DNA of 63,328 nucleotides, counting the filler, from Craspedostauros australis (Eukaryota): the NCBI GenBank assembly GCA_030167865.1. It is 12 parts of 12 records of this genome, joined end to end, with 100 filler letters (N's around TTAATTAATTAA, not from the genome) between each part and the next. Parts side by side here need not be neighbours in the genome. Positions count along the whole stretch, not along the records: positions 16,825 to 44,593 come from JALAGF010000957.1; 11 more parts are not named here. One strand, 5' to 3'. The notes beneath the pieces were generated by a model. That model saw nothing but the letters and a program-made list of their open reading frames with translations. It ran no database searches and had not been told where the DNA came from. A program made the position numbers and the translations under genes. This document shows positions 22,698 through 35,718 of this stretch, one piece after another; positions within the stretch are counted from its first letter, which is position 1, and each line of letters opens with the position of its first letter.

Positions 22698-23872
22698 TCA
22701 TCGGACGTGCAGGTGCACACAACAACTTCGAGCGGACAATCTCGCCTGTATTGTGCCTTTGACGGGAAGGGTTTCCGCATACGGATCCTCTCCAAGGTAG
22801 ACGTACGAGTGATTCACACCGGACAGTGCTGCCAGCGTACCGTGGTATTCGTTCCAGTCGTAGGAAAACGGAAACACCTCTATCATTGAGCTGCAACGAG
22901 GCATGAAGGGGATTGACATCAGTTGCGCACCGTGCGGCGACAACAGAATGTCGATGTTGGAGAACACCTCTATCTGTTCTCGCAATAGCATTTTGTCGAC
23001 AAACATGACAGGCAGTCTGTACGAGTATTGGTATGGAAGACGGACATGAAACCATCACATCACGGCCCATACTCTTCTCCAAATTGCGTGACCATATCTC
23101 AAAGCTCTCGAAACATTGCAACATCCGATCGCGTATTTCACCGGAGCCCGTGCGTCTCTTCCGCGGGAAGGTGGACGCAGGACACTGCTGCTTGTTGCAA
23201 ATATGTTCTCCAGAATAGTCTGTTCTTTTCTGTGCCTTGGCTGGGTGGTCCTGCAAACACTCGATACCTCTCTCCGAAAAGCAATTGCGTGGGATCAGAC
23301 AGGAACACAATGCCGTTGCGTGGTGGGAGGTGGTCGCGGTCTCTATCTTGGACTTGGTTGTTCCATGAATTCACGGGCTCTTGTGCCAACACTCCATCAA
23401 TCAGCTGAGATACAATGCAATCTGTGGTCGTGTCAACCAACGATATGAGTTTGCACGTGTGCAGGTGCCGAGGTTTGTAAAGAAAGTTGACATTTACTTG
23501 TTGTCACAGGTACATTTAGGGAGTGATGTCCGTACGGGTCCGGGTCGACGATGGAGAAATTTGGCGAGCTGGAAAGCAGGTTGGAAGCATCATCGGATGG
23601 TTTGTTTTGGGTGGCCCTGCTGCAAACCACTCCTTCTGCTAGACACTATTTGCATGCCAAGCAGGGCTTTTGCGGCTGTGCTGTGCTTTGCTCGGCGATT
23701 CATCCATTCGTTCATTTGCCGGTTCGTTCGTTCCTTCATTCACTCATATAAGTTTATAACAGATGGACATGTAGATATGCGGGGAAGCACGCGAGAGACA
23801 TACCGATTCAGTTGATGAACAGGATCCGCACGCTGGATCACCGCCGTCTCCGGCCTTTGCCTTCGACCCCAT
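22698..23872 (-). pseudogene. Glycosyltransferase family 61-like gene, fragmented (frameshifted or spliced)
   Basis: EQIEVFSNIDILLSPHGAQLMSIPFMPRCSSMIEVFP is the GT61 signature. Upstream coding is split across frames. Confidence 0.55.
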
Positions 23873-24396
23873 TGTTTTGGTTTGGTTTGTGCTGTGTTGT
23901 GGAATATGGCTTGTTTTGGTATGGTGTTGCAGTATGTCGCGTCCTGAGGGATTGCGCCGTATCAAAGCACGCTATCGTTGAATTCGGTGATCTCAACAGT
24001 GCCGACCACCTTGTCTCACACAGGACGAACAGTGCGGAGATCATGCCGTGACGGAATCTTCTTGGGTTGATCTCAAGTTGCAGATGCGGATGAAACCGCT
24101 GCGGTGTCGCTCCGGTTTGTGGGCCTGGGCGTGGCCGCAGCGGTGCCCGTGGCTGCGGACATGGGTTAGGGCAAGCTTTGCGGTGCACCCATTCTGGCGT
24201 ACAGATTGATTGACGGCAGTTGCCACCGAACACCGTGTGGAAACGAGATGAGATTCCCGCATGGTGGACTGGCAAAAGCTACAGGAATCGAACCGAAACT
24301 GCCGTCAGAGCAACGGCATCTGCGAAAGCCGGGGCGATGTGTTGCACACAGACATGGTCCCATTCAGCCTTGACACCGCTGTTCGTATTCGATGGC

Positions 24397-26614
24397 TTAC
24401 GAAAGCTCGCGCGGCTCCTCGTCGCTGTCAACATCATCGTTGCTATTCGCACCGCTGGTGGCAGAGTCAGAGACAGACTGGTCTTTTGGAAGCACGGACG
24501 AGATGCCCATCATTTCGGTGGCCGATGTCTCCTTGCCAACCCAAGCCACATGCGCGGCATCCTTCGTGTTGGGTTGCGCCGAATATGGCACGGCAGGGTT
24601 GGAACGGTCCTGCTCCTGGTCGTTGCTGTGTTGTGGTGGATGCGTCGGCCGCTCCATGACTTGCGATCGCGCATCCGTGCAGCTGAGAGTTCGCAGGCTC
24701 CTTGCCCACGTCAACACCTTGCGCGCGAAGCGTGACATGGAGGTGCGAGGCTTCTGCCATCGCGCCAACCTCGACGAATTGGCCGGAGCCGTTCCGCCTT
24801 GGAAGTAGCTGGTCGTTGATCCCGAGTGCTCGGATTGGGAAATGGCGGCCTGCTCCCACGAGTTGATGTCATCCACCGCCCTGGTTCTTTCACGATTTGC
24901 GACAACCACAACGCGTGGCGTGATGTTATCCGAAAGTAGATCCGGCGGTTGCTGGTGAATCCCTCGTTTGTTGGGGAGGAGCAGCTTGACATTTCCTTCT
25001 TGGTTCCTCGCCTCCTTGACTCGGTTGAGAGTGATGACCCAGTCCATGCAGGTGACCTTACCATCGGCGCGCAATCTGTATGGACGTTCCTGGATATTGA
25101 TGACGAAGGCACATCCAGTTGGATCAGCGTGGTCGATAACGACGGATCCCACCTTCGTGAGGTCGAGGGTTGCGAGCAGCTTCATACGTTGGCTGCTTTT
25201 GTAGTACGACAGACACTCGCCGTCGGTTTCGAACCAGCGGGTTTGCCACTTCCCATTGCGGCCGAGCTTTTGCAGGGATCCGCAGATGAGGACGCCCTCG
25301 GGGATGCCGTCCTCGCCCAGCGACCCGGATCGGCCTCTGGAGGACAATCTCTGCAAGCCGAGCGGTAAAATAGTGGCAGGGACATGGTTGGGCCAGGGTG
25401 CGCCGATGTGTTGGCATACGCATGAGTTAAACGATCATAGATCGTATGAAGGGTTAGTATCAAGTGGTGAGATGAGTGAAGCGATTGAGATACGAGTGCA
25501 TGTAAGCAGTCCTCGGAGTCTCGAGCTTGAATCAGTACTCCTCCGTTGGCCATTCTCAAGACGAGTACGCCCGCAGTTGCAGGCAGTACCATCATCGCCA
25601 TTCATTCACTACCATGGCTGCGACTAAGGCAACAATGTTCTTCATGATCATGAGGATACGCACCTTGGCAATCTTCTGCTGCTGTCTGCGTTCGTTGGCT
25701 ACTGCGTTGCCATTTGGATTGGCCGACATGTTACCAGACGCAATACGGCCAACCATGCCAGGCCTTGTGTTCGTATTGAGACTGCCGCCGGCGGCGCTGT
25801 GACCAACATTTGGATGGACGTTGATGGTATTGGTGCCGTCCGTGCTGGTGACGGTGGAACCCACAGTGTCCCCATGCGAAATCTCATCCAGTCCATCAGC
25901 TGCCGGGTTGAGATCCGAATGGTAGCCACTGCTCATGTTGGGATTGGCCGGCGTGGATTGTTGCAGGGCAGACGCATGTGATCGAGCCACTGGAGTATGC
26001 TGAGGATTTGGCTGCGGCTGCGTCTGTGTTGGGGTGGACGTGGCTTGTGACTGATGCTGTGGATGTGGATGCGGCGTGCTCGCTGTTGCGATGCTCGACG
26101 TGTGGTCGTAGGCTTGAAATACGGAGTCTTTGTACCGCAGGGTGGGGGAATCGAATGGGTTGCCGGCTGCCTGCGCAGAAGCGGCGGATGCTTGAGATGC
26201 CAGCGTTTCAAATGGGTTGCCCGTCTGCGAGGAGTCGTCAATTCTTGTAGTTGGTGTCGTGGGCGTCGTCGCTGATACAGGTGTCGTTGCTCCAGCCGTT
26301 GCCGTGGTCGTGATGATGGAGGGCGCCGGTGGTCGTATCCCCACTCCCCGCTGGGCGGAAGAGGGAGAGCTGCTGATGGAGGCTGCGTTGTGCGGTCGTT
26401 GCGGTGATGGAGGATGCGACGCGTTGTTGGAGGTGCTGACGGCGCCTTCACCCTGGACGACGACAGCGTTTTCATTGAAGATGATGGCGGATCCCTGTCC
26501 ACCGCTGTCGGTGGAGCGGACGAGAGTCAGCTCCAGCGCATCGTTTGGGGTGCTGATGACGCTGTCATTGCTCGATGGCATGGACGTGTCCGCAGGGATG
26601 GCTGGGATTTCCAT
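24397..26614 (-). CDS. PH-domain protein (exons 26614-25664, 25350-24397)
   Basis: GSLQKLGRNGKWQTRWFETDGECLSYYKS...YRLRAD...DWVITLN. An AAG|GTGCGT...TTGCAG intron joins it to a low-complexity N-terminal exon in frame. Confidence 0.85.
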
Positions 26615-28190
26615 GGTGGGAGATTGCGGAGCAGGCGTGTGCGTGTGCGTTTGATGGGATGTGGAGTGCTCTGCTCTGCTCTGTTCGCCTGTGCCTCGTG
26701 ACACCTCTACAGATGGTTGGTTGGTTGGTTGGTTGGGTTGAGGTCTCTGGCTCTTGTGTCTCCTCCGCTCGTGTTCTCGTCTCGTCTCGTCTCAGGAAGT
26801 TGTTTGTTTGTTTGTCGTCTGCGCAATCGCCGCGTGAGGCTTCAGGCGTGCACAGCTCAACGAAAAAATTCGGAAACGAAAAGGGCGGTTTTGTTGGTGT
26901 CGTGTTGGTGTCTGCCTGCGCCAGCGGCGGTGATGGAGTATCGCGGTTTGTGCCGGTTGGGGACACAGCCGTTACCCGCAATGGTGTTTTGGTCGTGCGG
27001 TGTTTGGTGGTTTTGGGCCTTTTGTTGTCCTGCCGTTTTTCTGTTCCACAAGTACTGGCGGTTGGGTACGGACACGAGTCCAAGCACGAGTACGAGTCGG
27101 ATTGGGCGGGAGCACGGTGTGAGCCCAGCAAGAGTATTTGCAGAGTGAACAATCGCTTTTTGCTCTGCTCTGGTTTGTTGTGTTCTTGTGTGGTGATGTC
27201 CGTGCAGTAACCTCGTGACACGGGGACGATGAGCAGGCCGCACTCGGAGATGTTCCTTGCGCTTTCGTTTCGTTTTGGTGTCTCCCGATGTCTCGGCCGT
27301 TGGCGATGAGGCAAGGCTTCGTGTCGGAGTGATGCGATCCGATGCGGCTTCGTGGAGCGCAGAGCAAATTGATGTGGAGGTTGTTGTGTGCTTGACCGCT
27401 GGGGGTGCTTTGTGGGAACGTGGCGGAGCAGGCCAAGAGAAGCCCCAAATCAAGCCAGCCAAACCAAGAGAGGCGGAGTGAAGTACGAGGTACCCCCAAA
27501 CGAAGAGATTCCGCGCCGCTCCGACGGAGCAATCACTGTGCGGGCGCTTCTTGCTTCGTGAAGCTTCCCAAGATCCGTTCTGGTGTTTCGCGAAGCGTCG
27601 TGATTCTTCGCAGACGACGCCAGTTGTGGCCAAGAACACGGCAAGAGAGGAATCGAGTTGCGGAAAAAGAGAGCGCCCTTCCTTCACGGAATTGGTCTCA
27701 GCCGGTGGCGCGGAGTGGTTGTTGATCTCCTTCTTCCTCTTGCGGAGTATTGCGTGTGGGCTGTGTGTTTGCGCCTTGAGCTCCTCTATTGGTTTGTGCC
27801 CTTTGATTTTTGTCAGCGTTGTGTTGGGTGATGTTGATCGGGCGCTCTTGTGCAGTTTGTCTTTTGCGTTTGCGCGTCTTCATGGTGTTCTTTGTCGTGG
27901 TTGCAGCTGCCGTCGTTGTGGTTCCTGTCGTTGTTGGTGTTGTTTTCGTTGTATTTGATCAAAGGCAGGGTAAAATTGGATAATCATGACAATTGGGATA
28001 TCTTGTCACGTGACACCACGGCTTCTTGGTTAATTATCTCCTGTCCCACGAACTGGCAGAGCTTGCGAATTGCTGACTAGAGAGTACTCCTGACGATGTC
28101 CAAGTGCGCCTCATGCTCTCAAACATGTTGACTTTTGCGCGTTGATACGTACATAGACTTACGATACATCGTGTTATACCAGCCAGTTCG

Positions 28191-28269
28191 TACGCGCACC
28201 AGAGGAGAGGACAGTGCTCTCCGGATACACGCACCAGAGGAGAGGACAGTGCTCTCCAGATACACGCAC
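28191..28269. repeat. Tandem duplication of a 35-bp unit containing a GGAGAG-N7-CTCTCC hairpin
   Basis: Units at 28191-28225 and 28226-28260, plus a partial third. Confidence 0.85.
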
Positions 28270-30229
28270 AACACCAGTCGTTTGCATGAGCAACACGAAG
28301 GTAGCAAGAGAGGAAATCGCCCACCTGTCCAGGTGTGGCAAACATGCAAACTCGCAGTTGCAACCGAAGGTGCAGATGCAAATGGATGTACTCTCCAGAG
28401 AGATCGAGTACACGTACTCACAGACAATGAGATTCATCATCTTGGGGATGTTCTTGGGCAACCGCAACGACTACGACTATGGATGCAGATACGCACGCCA
28501 ACTCTAATGCAGTCTGTGGATGCCAAACACATATCTCGTGTTGTTGTGAGGATGATTGTGCTCTCGCCCCGAAACGGGACATGGATGCCAGTTCTCCATT
28601 GTTGGTGATCACCGCTTCAATTCTGTTCCTTGTGCTCGGAACCAAACATCAAGAGAGGAGCAGGGGGGCGGGTGACAAATCATCCACACAAGAAAAGAGA
28701 TCAGGAGAGGGAAAGAGGCAGACAGGGGTGCGCTTTCCTGCATGCAACATCACTGACTTCCTATCCTTGTGGCGGTCAGTTCGGCTTGGCTGTGATCACG
28801 AGAGCGGATGGCATTCTTGGCACTCGCCACCACCGTGTTAACGAGGTCGGAAGCATGTGGCTGAAAAAGTCTCCGAAAATGCTCGAGTGATGTCTGTGAC
28901 AAACGCCGTTTCTGCGTTTGGCATTTCGGTGATGACGTTCTGAAAAACAACTTGCTGTCACCAACAACGCGCACAAACACGCACAGAACGCAACACAGGC
29001 CGTGTTGCTTGAATCAAAAATGTCATTGATAAAATGTGAATACTGATGCCGAAAGCGTGGCTGGCGTTAATTGCAGTTGATCAGAGTTGATCGTGTTGGC
29101 GAACGATCAGCAACCTAACGGTCACATTGACATTTCATTCTTGAGGAACATGAAAGAAAGAAAATGGGTCACGCTTCCGACCCACGTGACAGATTTAACG
29201 GAATGACATACAGACTAAATACATGGCAATTAAAAACGTAGCGCGATTTGCCGAATATCTTGGATTAATTGTACTCATGTCGCATTATTTTAAATGATAC
29301 ACTTACAAGTCACGATCGGATACGAAACCGTTCAACACGATAGAGCGCCGACTGTGACATTCACTGCCACTTGCACATGGAAAACTGGATTCTGCCTCCA
29401 CAATTTCGAGGTCAAAAATTGGTGATCTTGTTGACGATGCTATTTGTCCGTTTGTCGGTTGGAGGTAAAATCAGGCGACGGTTGTGGTGTCGAGGTGAAG
29501 CGCGATGAGAGGAACCAATGAATCGGATGGATGAACGGGTGGGTGGTTGGATGAACGACGAAAGCAACGGCTGAGCGAGCGATGTGACAGCGAAAGCGCT
29601 CACCAAATTGGCAAGGACAAGACAGGGCAAGACGGGGCAAGGGCAATGAACACGCAGAGGACCGGCAAGAAACGGAACATCACTCCTCTGTGTTGAGATC
29701 TTCTTGATCGCAGGGGAGGGGATCGTGCGTGTTCATCGCATTCACAGTTTTCCCATTCTCTCGTTTGGCATCAGCAGGACCAGCCCATCTCTTCTGCTTC
29801 TTTCTCTTTCTGTGCCATAGTGTGCTCTCTCACTCATACTACAGAAGCTCTGATTAGATAACAATAGCATTCGCAAGTGTGAATACATCTGCCGGTGCAA
29901 CACAAAAGCATCAGGAAAGACCACCACCACAACAACGACGACTACGACATCGGTCTCTATTCTCCCCTTTTTACGAGTCCACCAAGCAAGAATCTTCGTC
30001 GCCGAACATAACAGGCCGCCTTCGCTTTTGACTTTCTCGTTCCAGTTGACTTCGTGGCTGCATCTATCGCAGCACCGCCACATCCCAACGCCACATCGCA
30101 ACTGCCCAGCCAGTCATAAATTGAGGCGAGCACTGCTACCCGTACTACCACCAATCTCAATACCAATCCCAATACCAATACACTTGTGTCACTTTCCATA
30201 CACGTACAATCAGCAAGAGACAGGACACG

Positions 30230-31879
30230 ATGGCATCGTACGGGTGCAGCGACGGCAACGCGCAGGACGGCAACGACATGTTCAGCGCCTTGGACAACAT
30301 GTGCGGCGGCGGCGCGGAGGAGATCGAGATCGATCACGTGACATCCAACCGCATCCTGCGACAGCAAGATGCCCCCATGGCGGCCAACGACTCTTTGGCG
30401 TTGGAGGGCTTCGATGCGGAGCATGGCCAAGTTCCAAGGGACACCGTGGAGGTGGAGATCGACGATGATGAGATGAGAGGCAACGGCACGGAGGGCATCC
30501 TCGTCGATGACGTCGTGGAGGACGAAAAGCGCAGGGGTCGCAAGCAGAAGTTCCGTCTTGGCGGTGCGCTGTGCCTCACCATCATGGTCATCGCCGTTCT
30601 CGTCTCTCTCCTGGTCACCCAGACCGGGTCCGACAACAACGGGAGCTCCAGGGCAGCACCGGAGGGTGCCAATGCGGAGGAGGATCTTGTCACTGGCGGT
30701 GACAGTGGTGGCACCGACAGCCCGGTTGCTTCACCCACGGAGCCTCTCTCCACTTCGCTGCCCACTTCACCGCCCACCGTGGCACCCACCGCGGCGCCCA
30801 CCATGGCACCGACGACCGCTCTGCAAGGTTCTGCTGCCTTCCAGATCATCGCACCGTTGCTCGACGATCCATCCAAGCTGCTGGATCCCGACTCCGCTCA
30901 GCACCAGGCGCTGCAGCTCGTCGTGGCGGAAAATCGCACGGATGAGTTCGGCATCGTGCAGCGCTTCTCCATGATGTCCACCTACCATGACCTCAGCGGC
31001 GACACGTGGGGATTCTCGCATGGTTGGAAGGACTTTGCCGAAGATGAGTGCCTGTGGTACGGCGTGCAGGTCTGCCGGTATCAGGCCAATCAAGATGATC
31101 ACGCTGCATCCAGTTTGGGGCTGGGTACGTTCTATGATTGTAATTGATTGTGTTGGTGTTTGTGATTGTTTGCATTCGATCTGCTTTGTTGGTTGCTCTT
31201 GGTTGTTTATGACTACTCGGCCAGTTGGTTGTTGACTTGATCGGTTCGCAGACACACAGACAACAAACGTCTACGACGACAGCGATGACAATGGCGATGA
31301 TGATGATGATGATGATGATCGGAATGACAATTTGCTTCCTTCTCTCCTCTTTCCAATGCAATTCCCAAAGCACTACCAGCCATGCCCATGCCCATGCAAC
31401 ATTCCATCTCACACTTGCACTTGCACTGAACCATCTTTCCCACGATCTACTCGTCCCCCGCAGGCAACAATGGTCTGACGGGCAAAATCCCGGCCGAAAT
31501 GTGCCTCCTGCGCAACCTCGAGGGACTCAGTCTGGACTCCAACGAGCTGCACGGCGAACTGCCGTCCTGCCTGGCCAACCTGCGCAAGCTCGACGTCCTC
31601 GAACTGCAAAGCAACATGCTGACCGGCACCCTCGATGCCCTCTTCCAGCTCGATGGCATGACGGTCACGCCCACGTACGCGCAGCTGCGTCTCGACAACA
31701 ACGACTTCAGCGGGACCATCCCGGAGGCCATCCAGTATCTCAACGACCTCACCGTCCTCACTCTGCACGGTAATCCGCAGCTCACTGGATCGCTCAACGC
31801 ATTGTGCGATGGTCGTGCCATGATGGAGATCACGGCGGATTGTGCCAACGTCGATTGCAGTTGCTGCACGTGCTATTAA
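30230..31879 (+). CDS. Single-pass membrane leucine-rich repeat protein (intron 31125-31463)
   Basis: TM helix, PTxAPT linker, ECLWYGVQVC LRR cap, and plant-type LRRs (NNGLTGKIP, SNELHGELP, NNDFSGTIP). Splicing restores the frame. Confidence 0.85.
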
Positions 31880-32390
31880 CTTACAACGACGATGACCAAC
31901 GGGATCTTCGGGCGAAGATAAAGCCAACATACGAGTATTAACAACGGCAGCGACAACAACAACAACAGCAAAGAAGCTTCGTCGACAATCATGGGTCACA
32001 GAGCACTAGGCAACAGCCCGTGGGGAATACGACAGAGAGAGAGAAAGCTCAAAATCACAATGCGCATCGTGCGTCTGTCCACGCAATACATGTAGTACCA
32101 GAGTAGAATGTAATAATATGAATCAACACACACATCCGAGCACGGAATCTAGAGGCATTGCAAACTATGATCTTCTACTGTTCCTTTGTTTGAATGAATG
32201 ATCGAGATGGTCCACTTTCGCGCCATGCTTCCTTCCGTTCAGCCCACGAAGGTCTCTTCGTCATGGAACTGAATTCAATTGAATTGCACAAGCGTGGTGG
32301 AGCAACTTCTTCCATCCCATCCCGTCCCACCATGGATCAATTCTGACAACACCATATATTACCAGCGTATCAATGTATCATTGTATTATA

Positions 32391-33134
32391 TTAATACACA
32401 TCCGGCCGGATCCACGGAACTAAAGCCAACTGAAGCGCATGCTCGTAATAGTGCGATCGATCGATGAGGTTGTTGGTCAACACACCGACCGTCCCGCTGC
32501 CATGCTTGGAATTCGTCCGGCCGAACACTTTGTCGTCGGCGTGGCCCAATTCCATCCCGTCCCGAATGAGATCCACCAGCTTCGTCGGCAGCTGGAACGT
32601 CGCCGTCTTTGCTGTGCCGAATATGCAGTGCACGCTTGCAGCAGCGGTTGCTGCGTCCTGCGATGCGCCGATGCAGTCCTTCGATTGGAAGTGGTGGAGA
32701 ATCGCGGGCGTCCGTCTGCCGTAGATCGCCATCCACGCCATGCACCAAAGCGTATCCTTTTTGTTGCTGCTATCATTGTCGACGAATTGGAAGTTGAACC
32801 ACTCCAAACCACCCTCCAAACCGACCGCCATGTCGGGTTCCTCGCCATGCTGCTCCTTGTAGGCATCGTGGGCACGTCGCGCCCTGTTCTTGGCGCCTTC
32901 GCAGGTCTCGGCGTCACCGAATGGTTGGTCCGGCACGCCGGATTCGACGGAGAATCCTTGCAGATTGAGCGTGGCTATGGATGACTTGTTGGATGGAGCA
33001 TTGTCTGCCTTATTGGCATCGTCAACGCCGTCGCTGGTGTCACTGGCGGCCGCCTCCATGGCCTTTCGCAAGGCAGCACGGACTGCGTCGATCTTGCAGG
33101 GATTCTTGGAGCCCACGGCGACGTTGAGCGTCAT
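32391..33134 (-). CDS. Inosine/xanthosine triphosphatase (YjjX / NTPase_I-T family)
   Basis: VAVGSKNPCKIDAV; SGVPDQPFGDAETCEGAKNRA; VGLEGG; GMELGHADD...GTVGVLT. Confidence 0.9.
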   Translation of the reverse strand: MTLNVAVGSKNPCKIDAVRAALRKAMEAAASDTSDGVDDANKADNAPSNKSSIATLNLQGFSVESGVPDQPFGDAETCEGAKNRARRAHDAYKEQHGEEPDMAVGLEGGLEWFNFQFVDNDSSNKKDTLWCMAWMAIYGRRTPAILHHFQSKDCIGASQDAATAAASVHCIFGTAKTATFQLPTKLVDLIRDGMELGHADDKVFGRTNSKHGSGTVGVLTNNLIDRSHYYEHALQLALVPWIRPDVY

Positions 33135-33807
33135 ATTGCTTCCTTCCTTCTTTTCTGTTGCATGAACTTGCGTGTGAACTTATGTATCCGACATATGATG
33201 TGGTCGAGTGTGACTTGGATGGTATTGCAGATCAGCCAATGCTCTTGAAGGCTCCTCTTGGGATGAGATCTTGGCGGCGTTGGCGACCAATCAGCAACCA
33301 CCAAGCGTGTACCGCAATCCACAAGTGGGTTCTGCGGTGATTTATATATCTTACTAATATTGGTAAATAAAACAACAAACACATTACCATATGAGTTTGA
33401 TCAATGTAGTCGAATTGTAATATACATGTAATATTTGGTTTTCCGCGACTTAGACGGAACGAACGTGTTGTGTGTGCCAATACTTGCGAGAAGCGCCACA
33501 AACATCCATGTTCTTGGTCGGACAATTCCATCACCACATCCCCATTCCAGTCTGCCTTTCGTCATTGAGGATATGATATGAATGGATGCACTCCACTGTA
33601 TAATACTGTAATCTGGAACAATCGACTTCAGCACTCTTATGTATCATATTAGTACTTCAGGGCTGCTTCATTGCTGTGTTGTCTTGGTGAACCAACAGGC
33701 TTGCTCTCTCCGCTGGCAACACCGCGCCATGTCCCAACCGCACAGATGCTCATTCACGCAGACGTGAAGCAGAGATCAAGCAACGTGAGAGTCCCGCTGT
33801 CGTGATT

Positions 33808-35217
33808 CTACGCATCATCTTGCTTCTCCAATTCGTCGGCCCAACACACGCAGCCCTCCGTCTCCTTCTTCCATTGCTCGACGTCCTTGGCGAACGTCTG
33901 ACTCACGATCAACGGAAACGCGATAGTGGCATCGCATGAGACCTTGACGGGGCGAGCCGTGATGCGGATCTTGCCCCAGCTGATGGCTTCGTCCGGAGAC
34001 GCGCCGCTGTCGCTGCCATCGAATTCATGGCCCGTGTTGATGTACACGGAAAAGTCGGCGCCGTTGCGCATCAGGTTCGCGTTGCAGCAGTGGTGCTTCA
34101 CCAACCCGCCGCCCAGGATGATCATGCCCGTGGCGTGGCTCTGCACGGCCCTATCGTTGATGCCCCGGATGTCCTCGTTGATGTCCAGCACGAAGCCTGG
34201 CTTCTTGTACGAGTGGAAGTACAGCATGTCACCGACGCTGCCATCCGTCAGGGCGGGGCAGAAGATCGGGATGTCGTTCTTGGCCGCCCAGTACAGGACG
34301 CTGTCGGGGTGATCGATCTCCTTGCCCATGCGGTGGATGAATTTGGATGGCGTCCACACGAAACGCGCCGGCAGATCATCATCGTCGTCCTTGCCGCCCT
34401 TCTTTGTCTCCGCCACTTTCTTTGCCCACTCGACGAGCTTCTCATCCTGTTCGCAGTGCATCTTCTCGATCAACGGCGTCAACCAGTCCTCGAATTCGCA
34501 GTAGTTCTTGTTGGGAACCAGCAAGTTGCCGATGCGGTTGATTCCCTTCTTGCGCAGCTCTCGACCGCTGAGCTTGAAGTCGCCCATGAACGTCGGCTGG
34601 AAGCACTTGATGATGTCTTCTTCGATTCCGCCGGCGGTGGTCACGATGCAATCCACCATCTTATGCTGCACCAAGAACCGCAGGACTTCGCGCTGTCCGC
34701 ACGAGATCTGGTTGGACGTGTATCCCAGAAATAGCCTGGCACGCACGCGCTTGCGGATGGCCGGAGATCGCAGGGAGGGATCGTCGACGCCCTCCTTCCA
34801 CTCGACATCGGACAGGCGCCACTTGCGCATCTGCTGAATCTGCTCGACCGCCAGACCCAGGTTCGTGGCCTGGAAGCCGGTCGTGGCGAAGCTCTTCATC
34901 ACCTGCGCCATCATGTCGTCGGCGTCCTTCGATCCGGCCGTGGCATTGATCTTGTCAAAGTCAACGCCACGACACTGCGGCGTTCCCTCCGGCATGGACT
35001 CGCTCTCTCCAAGCACGGCGGAAGCAGAGACGGAAGGAATGTGAGGGTTGGCGCTCACGCTGCTGCCGCCCTCCAATGGTTTGGCTTCCAGGATGTTCGT
35101 GTCCTTCGCGGTGGGAACGGCCGCATCGAGCGTCGTTCCTGTCGAAGCGATCGCATCCACGGTTCCGTCTACCGTCGCCGCTGACGACGATGCTGGTGGT
35201 GGTGGGTTGTTGGTCAT
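33808..35217 (-). CDS. DHS: Deoxyhypusine synthase
   Basis: TGFQATNLG; GYTSNQISCGQR; TTAGGIEEDIIKC; NRIGNLLVPNKNYC; PALTDGSVGD; GGGLVKHH; EFDGSDSGASPDEAISWGK. Confidence 0.97.
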   Translation of the reverse strand: MTNNPPPPASSSAATVDGTVDAIASTGTTLDAAVPTAKDTNILEAKPLEGGSSVSANPHIPSVSASAVLGESESMPEGTPQCRGVDFDKINATAGSKDADDMMAQVMKSFATTGFQATNLGLAVEQIQQMRKWRLSDVEWKEGVDDPSLRSPAIRKRVRARLFLGYTSNQISCGQREVLRFLVQHKMVDCIVTTAGGIEEDIIKCFQPTFMGDFKLSGRELRKKGINRIGNLLVPNKNYCEFEDWLTPLIEKMHCEQDEKLVEWAKKVAETKKGGKDDDDDLPARFVWTPSKFIHRMGKEIDHPDSVLYWAAKNDIPIFCPALTDGSVGDMLYFHSYKKPGFVLDINEDIRGINDRAVQSHATGMIILGGGLVKHHCCNANLMRNGADFSVYINTGHEFDGSDSGASPDEAISWGKIRITARPVKVSCDATIAFPLIVSQTFAKDVEQWKKETEGCVCWADELEKQDDA

Positions 35218-35718
35218 GGTTTGTGAACGCGATGCTGTACGCGTAAGTACTCTACAAATGGGACGAGATTGGGAGGCTGTGAGTTGCAGAGTCTTTGCTG
35301 ATCATGAAACGGATCATACAGTGGGTACGATGTGAGATGTGGCCATGAGATGTCCTATCTGTCTTTGTGGCGTTGTGTGTTGCGCTGAAAGATCCAACAA
35401 ACGAAGCCACATCTCATTTGTTCTGTATCTGTGACTGCCATCAATTTCGCCATCTCTCCACAACCAACCAATCAACACAACATTGAACAAATGATGTATC
35501 CGTGACTCACCGTTCACGTTTCCCATCAAAACGACCATCCACACCAAACAACATGCAGAAAAATGAGCACATGGAACATGATGTCGACAAGTACCCGTAC
35601 GTGTTGGTGTAGAGCGAGCTTGCGATACTTGGCGGAGTTGGGTGAAGTTGTGGGGAGCTTGCATGATGATGACACTCTCCATCTTCTCAATTGCCGTCAG
35701 GATCAGCGCTGAGTTGAT

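Noticed and set aside
28191..28269. Hairpin-containing 35-bp repeat as a CRISPR array
   Set aside because: Only two adjacent units, with no spacers, no cas genes and a eukaryotic context.
26700..30200. Many overlapping ORFs upstream of the PH and LRR genes
   Set aside because: Low-complexity GT/CA-rich UTR or intergenic sequence without domain signatures.
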